Source of the DNA: Deltaproteobacteria bacterium TL4
Lineage (GTDB): Bacteria; SAR324; NAC60-12
Assembly (NCBI GenBank): GCA_051382335.1
Contig: JBBCAX010000168.1
Location: 11,915-75,914, forward strand
DNA length: 64,000 nucleotides
Direction: 5' to 3'
The notes beneath the pieces are model-generated. The model made no database searches, was not told where the DNA came from, and saw nothing but the letters and a program-made list of their open reading frames with translations. A program made the position numbers and the translations under genes. Shown here one piece after another: positions 10,780 through 18,803 of the stretch (position 1 is the first letter of the stretch; each line of letters begins with the position of its first letter).

Positions 10780-11075
10780 GATATAAAGTCACGATAGCCC
10801 ATGATGGTCAAAGTGCGTTGGAGATATTCCGGACGCGTCCTCAGCAATTTGATTTGGTTTTAACCAATAAAGACATGCCGAAAATGGGAGGTCTGGAATT
10901 GTGTCATCAATTGCGTCAAAGCCGCACGGACCTTCCTGTCATTCTGCTGACGGGGAGTCTCAACAGTGTTGATAACGACAGCCTTAACAAATTGGGGATT
11001 CTCCACTATTTCATCAAACCCGTAAACTTCAAGGAACTCGAGGCGTATATCCAGGACGTTCTGATTTCAGAATAA
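10755..11075 (+). CDS. Out-of-frame C-terminal receiver domain of the hybrid kinase
   Basis: -1 frame reads FKNKFEALGYKVTIAHDGQSALEIF...DLVLTNKDMP...LLTG...KPV, completing the receiver begun upstream. Confidence 0.75.
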   Translation, partial: FKNKFEALGYKVTIAHDGQSALEIFRTRPQQFDLVLTNKDMPKMGGLELCHQLRQSRTDLPVILLTGSLNSVDNDSLNKLGILHYFIKPVNFKELEAYIQDVLISE

Positions 11076-11079
11076 CGAT

Positions 11080-11365
11080 AATTTTCTTCCTTCACGAGTG
11101 GGCAGGCGAACGGTCAAGAAGAGTTGAGTGAGTCGTTGCAAAAGCAATTGAGAATCAGACTCGCTAGAGAACAACTCCAGAACATGGTTTCTTGAGGTCA
11201 AGGGTCTGTTGGGCGTCATGAGTCAGTACCGATTCGAGTCCGCTGATAAAGATAGCGGCATGGAAATCCCGCAAGACGGCTTTTGTGGTTTTTCCGTTGA
11301 AGGCTTCCAAACTCAGACGTCCTTTGAGAAGACCCTATTCCAGCACCAGAAGAAAATATCTTTGG
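11080..11365 (-). pseudogene. IS4-family transposase C-terminal remnant (frameshifted)
   Basis: Own translation of minus strand: GLLKGRLSLEAFNGKTTKAVLRDFHAAIFISGLESVLT, then in another frame HVLELF...LQRLTQLFLT...REGRK. Confidence 0.65.
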
Positions 11366-11460
11366 TAAAAAAGGCGAAGGAACATTTGCCTTGTTTGGTT
11401 TTTGCTGTTATAGGTACGTTGCTGATGTCCCCTTATATCGAAACAGCACAGGATCTTCTG

Positions 11461-12528
11461 ATGAAACAAGCCTCTCAAGATAAAATTCATAACCCACACG
11501 ACAAGCTCTTCAAAACGGTATTTTCTGACACCAGGGAAGCCGCGAGTTTTTTACGGAGCTATTTGCCCTCAGATTTGGTGGAAACACTTAATTGGAATTC
11601 GTTGCGATTGATGGACAAAGCGTTTATTGATGAAGAGTTCCAAGCCAGCGAATCGGATTTGTTGTTTCAGGTGGAAATCCAAAATACCCAACGTGAAGTG
11701 CTGGTTTATTTGCTGTTTGAGCACCAGTCCTCTCCGGACAAATGGGTACGATTCCGTTTACTCAAATATATGTGTCGGATTTGGGATAACTCTTTTAAGG
11801 AGAATCCTGATCAACAAACACTTAAAGCCATTATTCCGACGGTCTTTTATCAAGGGAAGTCCGTCTGGACTCCTTCCACAGAGTTCCTGGATTTGGTAGA
11901 GCATGAGGGCTTTAACGCTATTTTTATTCCTCAATTCGCTCACTTTTTGATTGATCAATCGGGATATGGATTAGAAGATTTTAAAGGGGAGACCAAAGCC
12001 CAAATAGCGCAACTATTGCTCCGAACCTCATTTCACGGTCAAATAAAAAAGGCCCTCAGCCGCTTTGTGCGTTTAATGACTCAAATAGAAGCCAACGAAG
12101 GCATTGATTATAAAATATTTTTCATGATATACTTACTGAACATCGAAGGAGTCTCAGTTCAAGAAGTTCAACAAACGATCGCGCAAGAAGCGCACTCACA
12201 AGAATTAGGAGAGAAAATCATGAATGCCGCGGAACAACTACGAATAGAAGGGGAACAACGAGGACTGCAAAAAGGACGTCAGGAAGGACGTCAGGAAGGA
12301 CGTCAGGAAGGACGTCAGGAAGGACGTCAGGAAGGACGTCAGGAAGGACGTCAGGAAGGATTGGAGAAAGGATTGGAGAAAGGATTGGAGAAAGGTGATT
12401 TAATAGGACAAGTTAGGGCATTTCAATTAATACTTAAACAAGCCCAGAATTCAAAAGAAGCGTTGATGGCGAAAACAATGGAAGAATTAGGGTCAATGCT
12501 GGAGCAACTAAAACAACAACTTTTGTAA
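11461..12528 (+). CDS. Rpn/YhgA-like recombination-promoting nuclease (PD-(D/E)xK)
   Basis: NPHDKLFKTVF, SDLLF, YLLFEHQS, PTVFYQG, C-terminal GRQE repeats; the ORF extension to 11209 is antisense IS remnant. Confidence 0.92.
   Translation: MKQASQDKIHNPHDKLFKTVFSDTREAASFLRSYLPSDLVETLNWNSLRLMDKAFIDEEFQASESDLLFQVEIQNTQREVLVYLLFEHQSSPDKWVRFRLLKYMCRIWDNSFKENPDQQTLKAIIPTVFYQGKSVWTPSTEFLDLVEHEGFNAIFIPQFAHFLIDQSGYGLEDFKGETKAQIAQLLLRTSFHGQIKKALSRFVRLMTQIEANEGIDYKIFFMIYLLNIEGVSVQEVQQTIAQEAHSQELGEKIMNAAEQLRIEGEQRGLQKGRQEGRQEGRQEGRQEGRQEGRQEGRQEGLEKGLEKGLEKGDLIGQVRAFQLILKQAQNSKEALMAKTMEELGSMLEQLKQQLL
12274..12393 (+). repeat. Coding tandem repeat (GGACGTCAGGAA)x7 + (GGATTGGAGAAA)x3
   Basis: Exact 12-bp units encoding GRQE x7 and GLEK x3. 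Confidence 0.97.
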
Positions 12529-12530
12529 TT

Positions 12531-12633
12531 CTAGTTCCCAAGCTCCGGCTTGGGAACTCAACAACACAGAAGCTCTGCTTCCTTGAACTGAAGCTGGAGC
12601 TTCGGTTAGGGCCTTCCCAAGCCTGGGAACCAG
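12531..12633. repeat. REP-like multi-hairpin element
   Basis: AGTTCCCAAGC-tccg-GCTTGGGAACT, GAAGCtctGCTTC, GAAGCTggAGCTTC, TTCCCAagccTGGGAA. Confidence 0.75.
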
Positions 12634-12675
12634 AGTAAAGTTTTCATACTTATTCTTTTGTCAATCCTGAATGGC

Positions 12676-13242
12676 TTATAAACGAAAGTGGCCTGCGGAT
12701 TCATGGCAGGAAACACAAGGTCTTGGGTCAGAAACCTCAAAATAACGTTGATGTTCTATAAACGCTTTTTGAGATGCCAGTCGGGTTTCTTTTAAGAACG
12801 AGTGGCATTTGAGGCAACCGCTGTCGTAAGTTGAGGTCTTCCAAGCTTTCACTTTAGAACGCCATTCCACTCTTCGATTTGCGTGACAACTAACGCAGTG
12901 ATCCATTTTTTCCCAATGCTTGCTTTTGACTTCCAGCCCTTCAATAAACGTCAACTCGAGCCAAATATTTTTGAAACCTGCCGCGATTTTTTCCTTTAGA
13001 TACGCTAGTTGAGAGTTTTGAGGCAGGTGACAATCCGTGCATAAAACGGCCATTCCCTCTTTGTTGTTTCCTCCGTGGAAATCGTTTCGGTAGGATTCAA
13101 CGCTTCCTTGCATGGTATGACAACCACCGCAAAATTCTGCGGAAGCGGTTTGTCGAAGCATCACGTCAAGGGCAGACCAGAGTCCCATTCCGATAAGAAC
13201 TCCAGCGCCTAAGGTGACGAGAAGCTGATTTCGAGTGCTCAT
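12676..13242 (-). CDS. NapC/NirT-family membrane-anchored multiheme cytochrome c (5 CxxCH)
   Basis: N-terminal TM helix, FCGGCHTM, CTDCHLP, CVSCH, CLKCH, CVSCH. Confidence 0.88.
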   Translation of the reverse strand: MSTRNQLLVTLGAGVLIGMGLWSALDVMLRQTASAEFCGGCHTMQGSVESYRNDFHGGNNKEGMAVLCTDCHLPQNSQLAYLKEKIAAGFKNIWLELTFIEGLEVKSKHWEKMDHCVSCHANRRVEWRSKVKAWKTSTYDSGCLKCHSFLKETRLASQKAFIEHQRYFEVSDPRPCVSCHESAGHFRL

Positions 13243-13245
13243 AGC

Positions 13246-14310
13246 TCATGGATCCAGGATGGGTTTTAATAAAGCGTGGTTTTGTTCAATCCACCGAGCA
13301 ATGTCCTGGACGACTTGTGTGACCAACGATTGGGGCTTCCAGCCTGTTTTTTGAGAGACATAGTCATGATCTGTAATATAAAGCCTGAGATCGGCAGGTC
13401 GGTTCTCAGGGATGGCCTTGATGGGAATCTTGGTTTGAGTCCAGTCTTCACAGAGTTGGGTCAATTCCCGCAGGGAAACACTGCCTCGTAAACCGCCTCC
13501 AACATTGAAAATTTCTCCAGACCATTCTGAAAAATGCTCCAATTGAAGTTTCACTAAGGAAAACAGGTCCTCAATATGCAGAACATCCCGGACTTGTTTA
13601 CCGGTTCCTCCGTAACCAATATAAGCCAGCTCTTTTTTGAAAAAATGCTTGGCGACCCACAAGGTGATGACTCCCTGATCTGTTTTTCCCATTTGCCAAG
13701 GGCCGGCCAGAAGTCCGCAACGATTGATGATGGCTTCCAGTCCGTACATTTCCACATATTCCTGAATGATGAGCTCTGACGCCAACTTGGTTGTGCCATA
13801 AAGGGATCGTGCGCCATTTAAAGGGAACTGTTCCGTGATTCCCTGATTACTGGAACCCGGGATGGCTTGATGTCTCTTCCATTCAAAACGAGTGGAAAGC
13901 TCTAAATATTCCAATTCATTTAAAGTTTTTACCGGATAGACCCGACTGGTTGATAAGAAAAGAAATTGGGCCTTTGTTTTTCTCGCCAGTTCCAGGCAAT
14001 GGAGGGTACCCAGTAAATTCGTATTGAGTAAGTAAGCGGGAGACTCCCCATACCCGGCCAATACGGAGGGTTCCGCGGAGCATTCAATCAAAACATCCAC
14101 GGCAGCAAACGCCAAGTCTTCCGGATTCCGAATATCTCCGTGAACGAATTCAACGCCATGCTCCCGAAAGCGATTCAAACTCAGTTCGGATCCCCGGCGT
14201 TTTAGGTTATCCAACGCAATGACTTTGATGTTTTCATAGTTTTGTTTCAAGGCAATCGCCAGGGAGGAACCTACAAATCCGGCACCTCCTGTAATCAAAA
14301 AGGTTTTCAT
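13246..14310 (-). CDS. NAD-dependent sugar epimerase/dehydratase (CDP-paratose 2-epimerase-like)
   Basis: ITGGAGFVG, YGTTK, GKQVRDVLHI; start at ATG 14310. Confidence 0.88.
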   Translation of the reverse strand: MKTFLITGGAGFVGSSLAIALKQNYENIKVIALDNLKRRGSELSLNRFREHGVEFVHGDIRNPEDLAFAAVDVLIECSAEPSVLAGYGESPAYLLNTNLLGTLHCLELARKTKAQFLFLSTSRVYPVKTLNELEYLELSTRFEWKRHQAIPGSSNQGITEQFPLNGARSLYGTTKLASELIIQEYVEMYGLEAIINRCGLLAGPWQMGKTDQGVITLWVAKHFFKKELAYIGYGGTGKQVRDVLHIEDLFSLVKLQLEHFSEWSGEIFNVGGGLRGSVSLRELTQLCEDWTQTKIPIKAIPENRPADLRLYITDHDYVSQKTGWKPQSLVTQVVQDIARWIEQNHALLKPILDP

Positions 14311-14314
14311 AAGC

Positions 14315-15685
14315 TTACGTCGGAGAAGGTAAAACTTGTTTATATTCTGAAAACTTGGCTTCAAAGTCAACGAGGCCAAAACATTGACTGGTTTGCAAAA
14401 CTTTTAAATGAATTAAATCATATCTTCGATCCAAGGCGATAACCTCACCGGATTCTGCTTTTTCCGCAATCCCCAGATTGAGGAAATAGTCTCCGGCGAC
14501 CACACTCATTTTAAAGCGGACATGAATAACAGCGACGGCTTCTTCAGGCTGGGCTTTAACCGGAATCTGTTCGAATAAAGTATTATTTCCGTATATTTCA
14601 ACGCCTCCCAGCGTTTTGAGCGTTACGCCATAGACAGGGAGAGTTACGGCTTTGTGAAATTTGATCTTGAAATAAAGTTGAATTTCATCGTGAGAACAAA
14701 TAGTTGAAGGATCAATGTGATTGTTGCAGGTTAATAAATAATCAATAACTTCCGCACTCCGGTCGCCGTAGCGATGTTCGTTCGGATTATAGGAGACTCT
14801 TTGATAGCAACGATCTTCATCATGAAGGTCTTTTAGAAAGTAACTTAACGGATTATTTTGATAGGCTTGGGGACGCTGTTCCCTGTACAGACCCTGTTCG
14901 GACTGTGTGAGGGCTTCTGGAACAGGAGGCTTCGGTTTCTTAGGCAGATCGGGGGTGTTGAGTAATTCCATGTAATGATTGATAACCGTTCTGGGGGCAT
15001 TGATTTCAAGCATCTTGCCCTGATCTAAAAGCAGCGCGTGATCGCAGTAACGGACTATCGCATTAGGATCATGAGTCACCAGAAGTATGGTTTTTCCGGC
15101 TTTGCGGAAGTCTTCAAATTTTCGAAAGCATTTAGATTGAAATTTTGCGTCTCCAACGGCCAGGGCTTCATCCACAATTAAAATTTCAGGGTCAACATGG
15201 ATTGCCGCAGAAAAGGCCAAGCGGACATACATCCCTGAGGAATAGGTTTTGACCGGATGATTGATAAAATCTCCAATATCCGCAAATTCTTCAATGATGG
15301 GGAGCCGTTCTTCCATTTCTTTTTTGGAAAAACCCATCACGGTCCCCTGAATAATCACGTTATCTTTTCCCGTGAATTCCGGATTAAACCCTGCCCCCAG
15401 TTCCAGTAACGCGGCAACCGCTCCATGACAAAGCACATGACCTTGAGTTGGGTAAAGGACGCCAGTGATCAATTGCAACAAGGTGGATTTGCCTGAACCA
15501 TTGGCACCGACAATTCCAAAACTCTGCCCCTTTAATACATCAAAATGAATATCATTCAAGGCCCAGAATTCTTTATGGTAAACTTTACGCAAAGGATGTA
15601 AAAACTCCAGCAGTCTTGAAGAGACTGAAGGGTACATCTTATATTTCTTGTAAAGATGACTGACTCGAATAGCAATATCACTCAT
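14315..15685 (-). CDS. wzt: Polysaccharide ABC exporter ATPase with C-terminal carbohydrate-binding domain
   Basis: GANGSGKST, YSSGM, ILIVDEALAVGD, Wzt_C-like tail. Confidence 0.92.
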   Translation of the reverse strand: MSDIAIRVSHLYKKYKMYPSVSSRLLEFLHPLRKVYHKEFWALNDIHFDVLKGQSFGIVGANGSGKSTLLQLITGVLYPTQGHVLCHGAVAALLELGAGFNPEFTGKDNVIIQGTVMGFSKKEMEERLPIIEEFADIGDFINHPVKTYSSGMYVRLAFSAAIHVDPEILIVDEALAVGDAKFQSKCFRKFEDFRKAGKTILLVTHDPNAIVRYCDHALLLDQGKMLEINAPRTVINHYMELLNTPDLPKKPKPPVPEALTQSEQGLYREQRPQAYQNNPLSYFLKDLHDEDRCYQRVSYNPNEHRYGDRSAEVIDYLLTCNNHIDPSTICSHDEIQLYFKIKFHKAVTLPVYGVTLKTLGGVEIYGNNTLFEQIPVKAQPEEAVAVIHVRFKMSVVAGDYFLNLGIAEKAESGEVIALDRRYDLIHLKVLQTSQCFGLVDFEAKFSEYKQVLPSPT

Positions 15686-15704
15686 AATACGGCCCAACCC
15701 TTCC

Positions 15705-16505
15705 TTATAACGTGTCGGCGAATTCTCTTTTGAATTTTCGGAAGATGAGGCCTCCTATTAAAAAGATCAGTACCGTTTGTCCCCAGAAAATAATCAGGGG
15801 ATTGAGATCTTCCCAAAAAAAGCGATGAAACAAGAAGGTCTCCCGGTAGCCTTGGGTGATGTAATACATGGGATTCAAATACAAGAAAGCTTGAAATTTC
15901 GAGGGAACCATCTCAACCACCCAGATGATAGGAGTTGACCAGAACCAAATCTGGAGCAGCACACCAATAAATTGCCCCATATCTCTGAAAATAACGTTGA
16001 TGGCCGAACATATCCATCCTAACCCAACCAAAAAACAGGACATCGCAAACCAGTAATAGAACACCTGCAGGGTATAAACGGAGAGTGACAGGCCGTTGAG
16101 AAACATCAAAAGGACGAGAATGCTCAACATAATCACATGACCCAAAACGTGGGACAGGATGTAGATAAAGGGAAAAATTTCGCTGGGAAACAAAGTCCGT
16201 TTAATCAAGGCGCTGTTGCTGACGATAGAGGAGGTCATCGCGGTAAGCGTATCACTAAAAGTAGTCCAGGGGGTAAAAGCACAAAAAAACCACACCACAA
16301 AGGGAACCTCTCCGGAGGGTTGAATTTTAAGGCCAAGGGAAAAAATAAACCAATAGAGTGTCACCATGATGGCAGGGTGCAGGATGGTCCAGAATAAGCC
16401 GAGGGCCGATCCCGTATAGCGAAGTTTTATATCACGCAGGGACATGACCCAAATAAGATACCGGGAACGAAGAACCTTGAGCATTAAACTATAAAAAGAA
16501 GCCAT
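15705..16505 (-). CDS. wzm: Polysaccharide ABC exporter permease
   Basis: RDIKLRYTGSALGLFW, FRD, TPIIW, LNPM; adjacent to wzt. Confidence 0.92.
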   Translation of the reverse strand: MASFYSLMLKVLRSRYLIWVMSLRDIKLRYTGSALGLFWTILHPAIMVTLYWFIFSLGLKIQPSGEVPFVVWFFCAFTPWTTFSDTLTAMTSSIVSNSALIKRTLFPSEIFPFIYILSHVLGHVIMLSILVLLMFLNGLSLSVYTLQVFYYWFAMSCFLVGLGWICSAINVIFRDMGQFIGVLLQIWFWSTPIIWVVEMVPSKFQAFLYLNPMYYITQGYRETFLFHRFFWEDLNPLIIFWGQTVLIFLIGGLIFRKFKREFADTL

Positions 16506-16510
16506 GAACC

Positions 16511-17380
16511 TTACTCGGTTTTTTTCAATTCCGTCAGCATCTGACCCAAACTGAGGTACCATGCAGGAGGTATTTTTTGAGTTAAACGGGTATACTGTCC
16601 ACAATCCAATACCGAAAACGCGGGACGTTTCGCGGGGGTGGGATAGTCTGTGGTGGGTATGGGATGAACAGGAATTATTTTTTCAATCAGTTGAAGCTGG
16701 TATGCCTGTTCGATAATGGTTTTCGCAAACTCATACCAACTGCATTGCTCACGATTTGAATAATGGACGAGGCCTGTTGCCTGTCGTGTTATCAAATCCA
16801 CTAAAGCGTTTGCCAAGTCCACCGTCCACGTGGGAGATCCGATTTGATCGTGGACTACCTTCAGACTCTGGCGTTCCCGGGATAGACGCAGCATGGTTTT
16901 GACAAAGTTATGACCCGCAACCCCATACAACCAGGCGGTCCGAACAATCAAGTAATTCGCCCCGCTTTGTTGAATGGCAACTTCTCCTTGGTGTTTTGAT
17001 TTTCCGTAAACGCTCAAGGGGTTGGGCCGGACACTTTCGGTATAAGGTTTGTTTGAGGTGCCATCAAAGACGAAATCAGTTGAAATATGGAGCAGTTTTG
17101 ACTGATGCTTTAAACAGGCCTTCGCTAACAACAAAGGGGCATCCCGATTAATCAGCATCGCTTTAGCACTATCCGACTCGGCTTGATCGACCTGCGTATA
17201 GGCGGCACAATTAATGAGTACCTCGGGGTGAATGTGTGAAAGTGCGGCGTCCACTTTTTCAGGGTGAGTAATATCCAGTTCGTGTTCTTCAAAGGCCTGG
17301 CAGTTTATAGACTTTTGGGATAATACCCGACGCAAATCCTGGGCTAGCATTCCACCAGCCCCCACTAGCATCAGGTTCAT
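16511..17380 (-). CDS. rfbD: dTDP-4-dehydrorhamnose reductase
   Basis: GAGGMLA, NCAAYTQVDQAE, ISTDFVFDG, YGKSK, DQIGSPT; ATGA overlap with selA stop. Confidence 0.94.
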   Translation of the reverse strand: MNLMLVGAGGMLAQDLRRVLSQKSINCQAFEEHELDITHPEKVDAALSHIHPEVLINCAAYTQVDQAESDSAKAMLINRDAPLLLAKACLKHQSKLLHISTDFVFDGTSNKPYTESVRPNPLSVYGKSKHQGEVAIQQSGANYLIVRTAWLYGVAGHNFVKTMLRLSRERQSLKVVHDQIGSPTWTVDLANALVDLITRQATGLVHYSNREQCSWYEFAKTIIEQAYQLQLIEKIIPVHPIPTTDYPTPAKRPAFSVLDCGQYTRLTQKIPPAWYLSLGQMLTELKKTE

Positions 17381-18789
17381 GTTTTCAGAAGTTGATTGAG
17401 GGTTGTTATGACGCATGAGAATTCACGTTCAAAAAGGGTTCTAAAATCCAACCAAACGAGATCATTCTGGACTCTCACAATAATCGGAATTGCTTGTTGA
17501 CGGAGCCATTCCTGTATGGACTGAGCTGTTTTTTTCTGGTGTGACAGGGTTATCGCATAGGAATGCAAATACAGTTCCGGCAATGCGCCTCCTCCTGTAA
17601 AAGAGGTGGTGGCTTCAAGTTTAGATTGCCATGAGCCTGAGGGTTGAGGTTCCAGTTGTTCAAAGACGGTTTGAGCTTTGAGTTTGATGTCTGCTTGAGA
17701 TTGTTCCAGTAACTGAATCACTGGGATTTTTTGAAACAGGGAAGGCATTTCAAGGTAAGCTTTGAGTGAGGCTTCCAGTAATGCCAGCGTGATTTTGTCC
17801 AGTCGCACGATTCGGTAAAGAGGATGTTTCCTCAGCGTTTGAATTAAAGTTTGAGAACCTAGAATAATACCAGCTTGAACACTTCCCAAGAGTTTATCCC
17901 CGCTAAAACTGATTAAATCCGCATTAGTTGCGACTTCCTGCTGAATGGTATTGAGGTGCTGCAAGGCCGGGTTCTGAAAGTGGTAGAAACTGCCACTTCC
18001 CAGATCGTGCAAAAGGAGGAGGTTTTGGGTTGTGGCCAGTTTGGCTAATTGAGGGATGGAGGCTTCTTCTACAAAGCCTTTGATCACAAAATTCGAAGGA
18101 TGGACTTTCATGATGGCAACGGTATTTTCCGTGATGGCCTTCTCATAATCCTGAACACGGGTACGGTTTGTTGTGCCCACTTCTACCAAACGAACTCCCG
18201 CCTCACGCATGATGTCAGGAATACGGAAAGAACCTCCTATTTCCACCAACTCCCCCCGAGAGACCAGGACGTCTTTCCCCTTCGCCAGTGCGGAGAGCAT
18301 CAGGAAAACCGCAGCAGCGTTGTTATTAACGACTACCGCCGCCTCTGCGCCGGAAAGTGTGGTTAATAACTCAAGGACTCCTTGTCCGCGTTCCCCTCGC
18401 GCGCCTTCGCTGAGATCAAATTCAACGGTGGAGTAGGAAGACAGCAAAGGCAAAAGAGACTCAAGGATCTCAGGAGCAAGGGGAGCACGCCCTAAATTGG
18501 TGTGTATGACAACGCCTGTGGCATTGATGACTTGACGCATATAAGAACCGGATTTAAAACGGAGGCAATCGGCCACATACTTCAGGACCAGCGACTTATC
18601 TCGCAAAGAGCCGTCCGGAGCGAACGGTTCCTCTTGCTTTTCCTCCAGGGCTATTTGAAACCTTAGACGCTCCAAAACTTCCTTCACGCGGGACCGAACG
18701 GCTTTGCCTGAAGGAAGTCCTTGCTGTTTGAGATATGCATCAACCTCTGTAATAGAGGGTAGCATAACGTATAATCCCTGTTTCTGCAT
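17377..18789 (-). CDS. selA: L-seryl-tRNA(Sec) selenium transferase
   Basis: VINATGVVIHTNLGRAPL, VNNNAAA, SRGELVEIGGSFRIPD, FSGDKLLG. Confidence 0.96.
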   Translation of the reverse strand: MQKQGLYVMLPSITEVDAYLKQQGLPSGKAVRSRVKEVLERLRFQIALEEKQEEPFAPDGSLRDKSLVLKYVADCLRFKSGSYMRQVINATGVVIHTNLGRAPLAPEILESLLPLLSSYSTVEFDLSEGARGERGQGVLELLTTLSGAEAAVVVNNNAAAVFLMLSALAKGKDVLVSRGELVEIGGSFRIPDIMREAGVRLVEVGTTNRTRVQDYEKAITENTVAIMKVHPSNFVIKGFVEEASIPQLAKLATTQNLLLLHDLGSGSFYHFQNPALQHLNTIQQEVATNADLISFSGDKLLGSVQAGIILGSQTLIQTLRKHPLYRIVRLDKITLALLEASLKAYLEMPSLFQKIPVIQLLEQSQADIKLKAQTVFEQLEPQPSGSWQSKLEATTSFTGGGALPELYLHSYAITLSHQKKTAQSIQEWLRQQAIPIIVRVQNDLVWLDFRTLFEREFSCVITTLNQLLKT

Positions 18790-18803
18790 GGTACACCGCC
18801 CTG

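Noticed and set aside
11209..11460. N-terminal extension of Rpn
   Set aside because: Overlaps an antisense transposase remnant; the family motif starts just after ATG 11461
12274..12393. Direct repeats as a CRISPR array
   Set aside because: 12-bp head-to-tail units without spacers, in frame inside Rpn; no cas genes
17377..18789. tRNA-Sec or UGA-recoded selenoproteins near selA
   Set aside because: No cloverleaf or in-frame TGA at a Cys position seen by eye; tRNAscan and bSECIS searches not run
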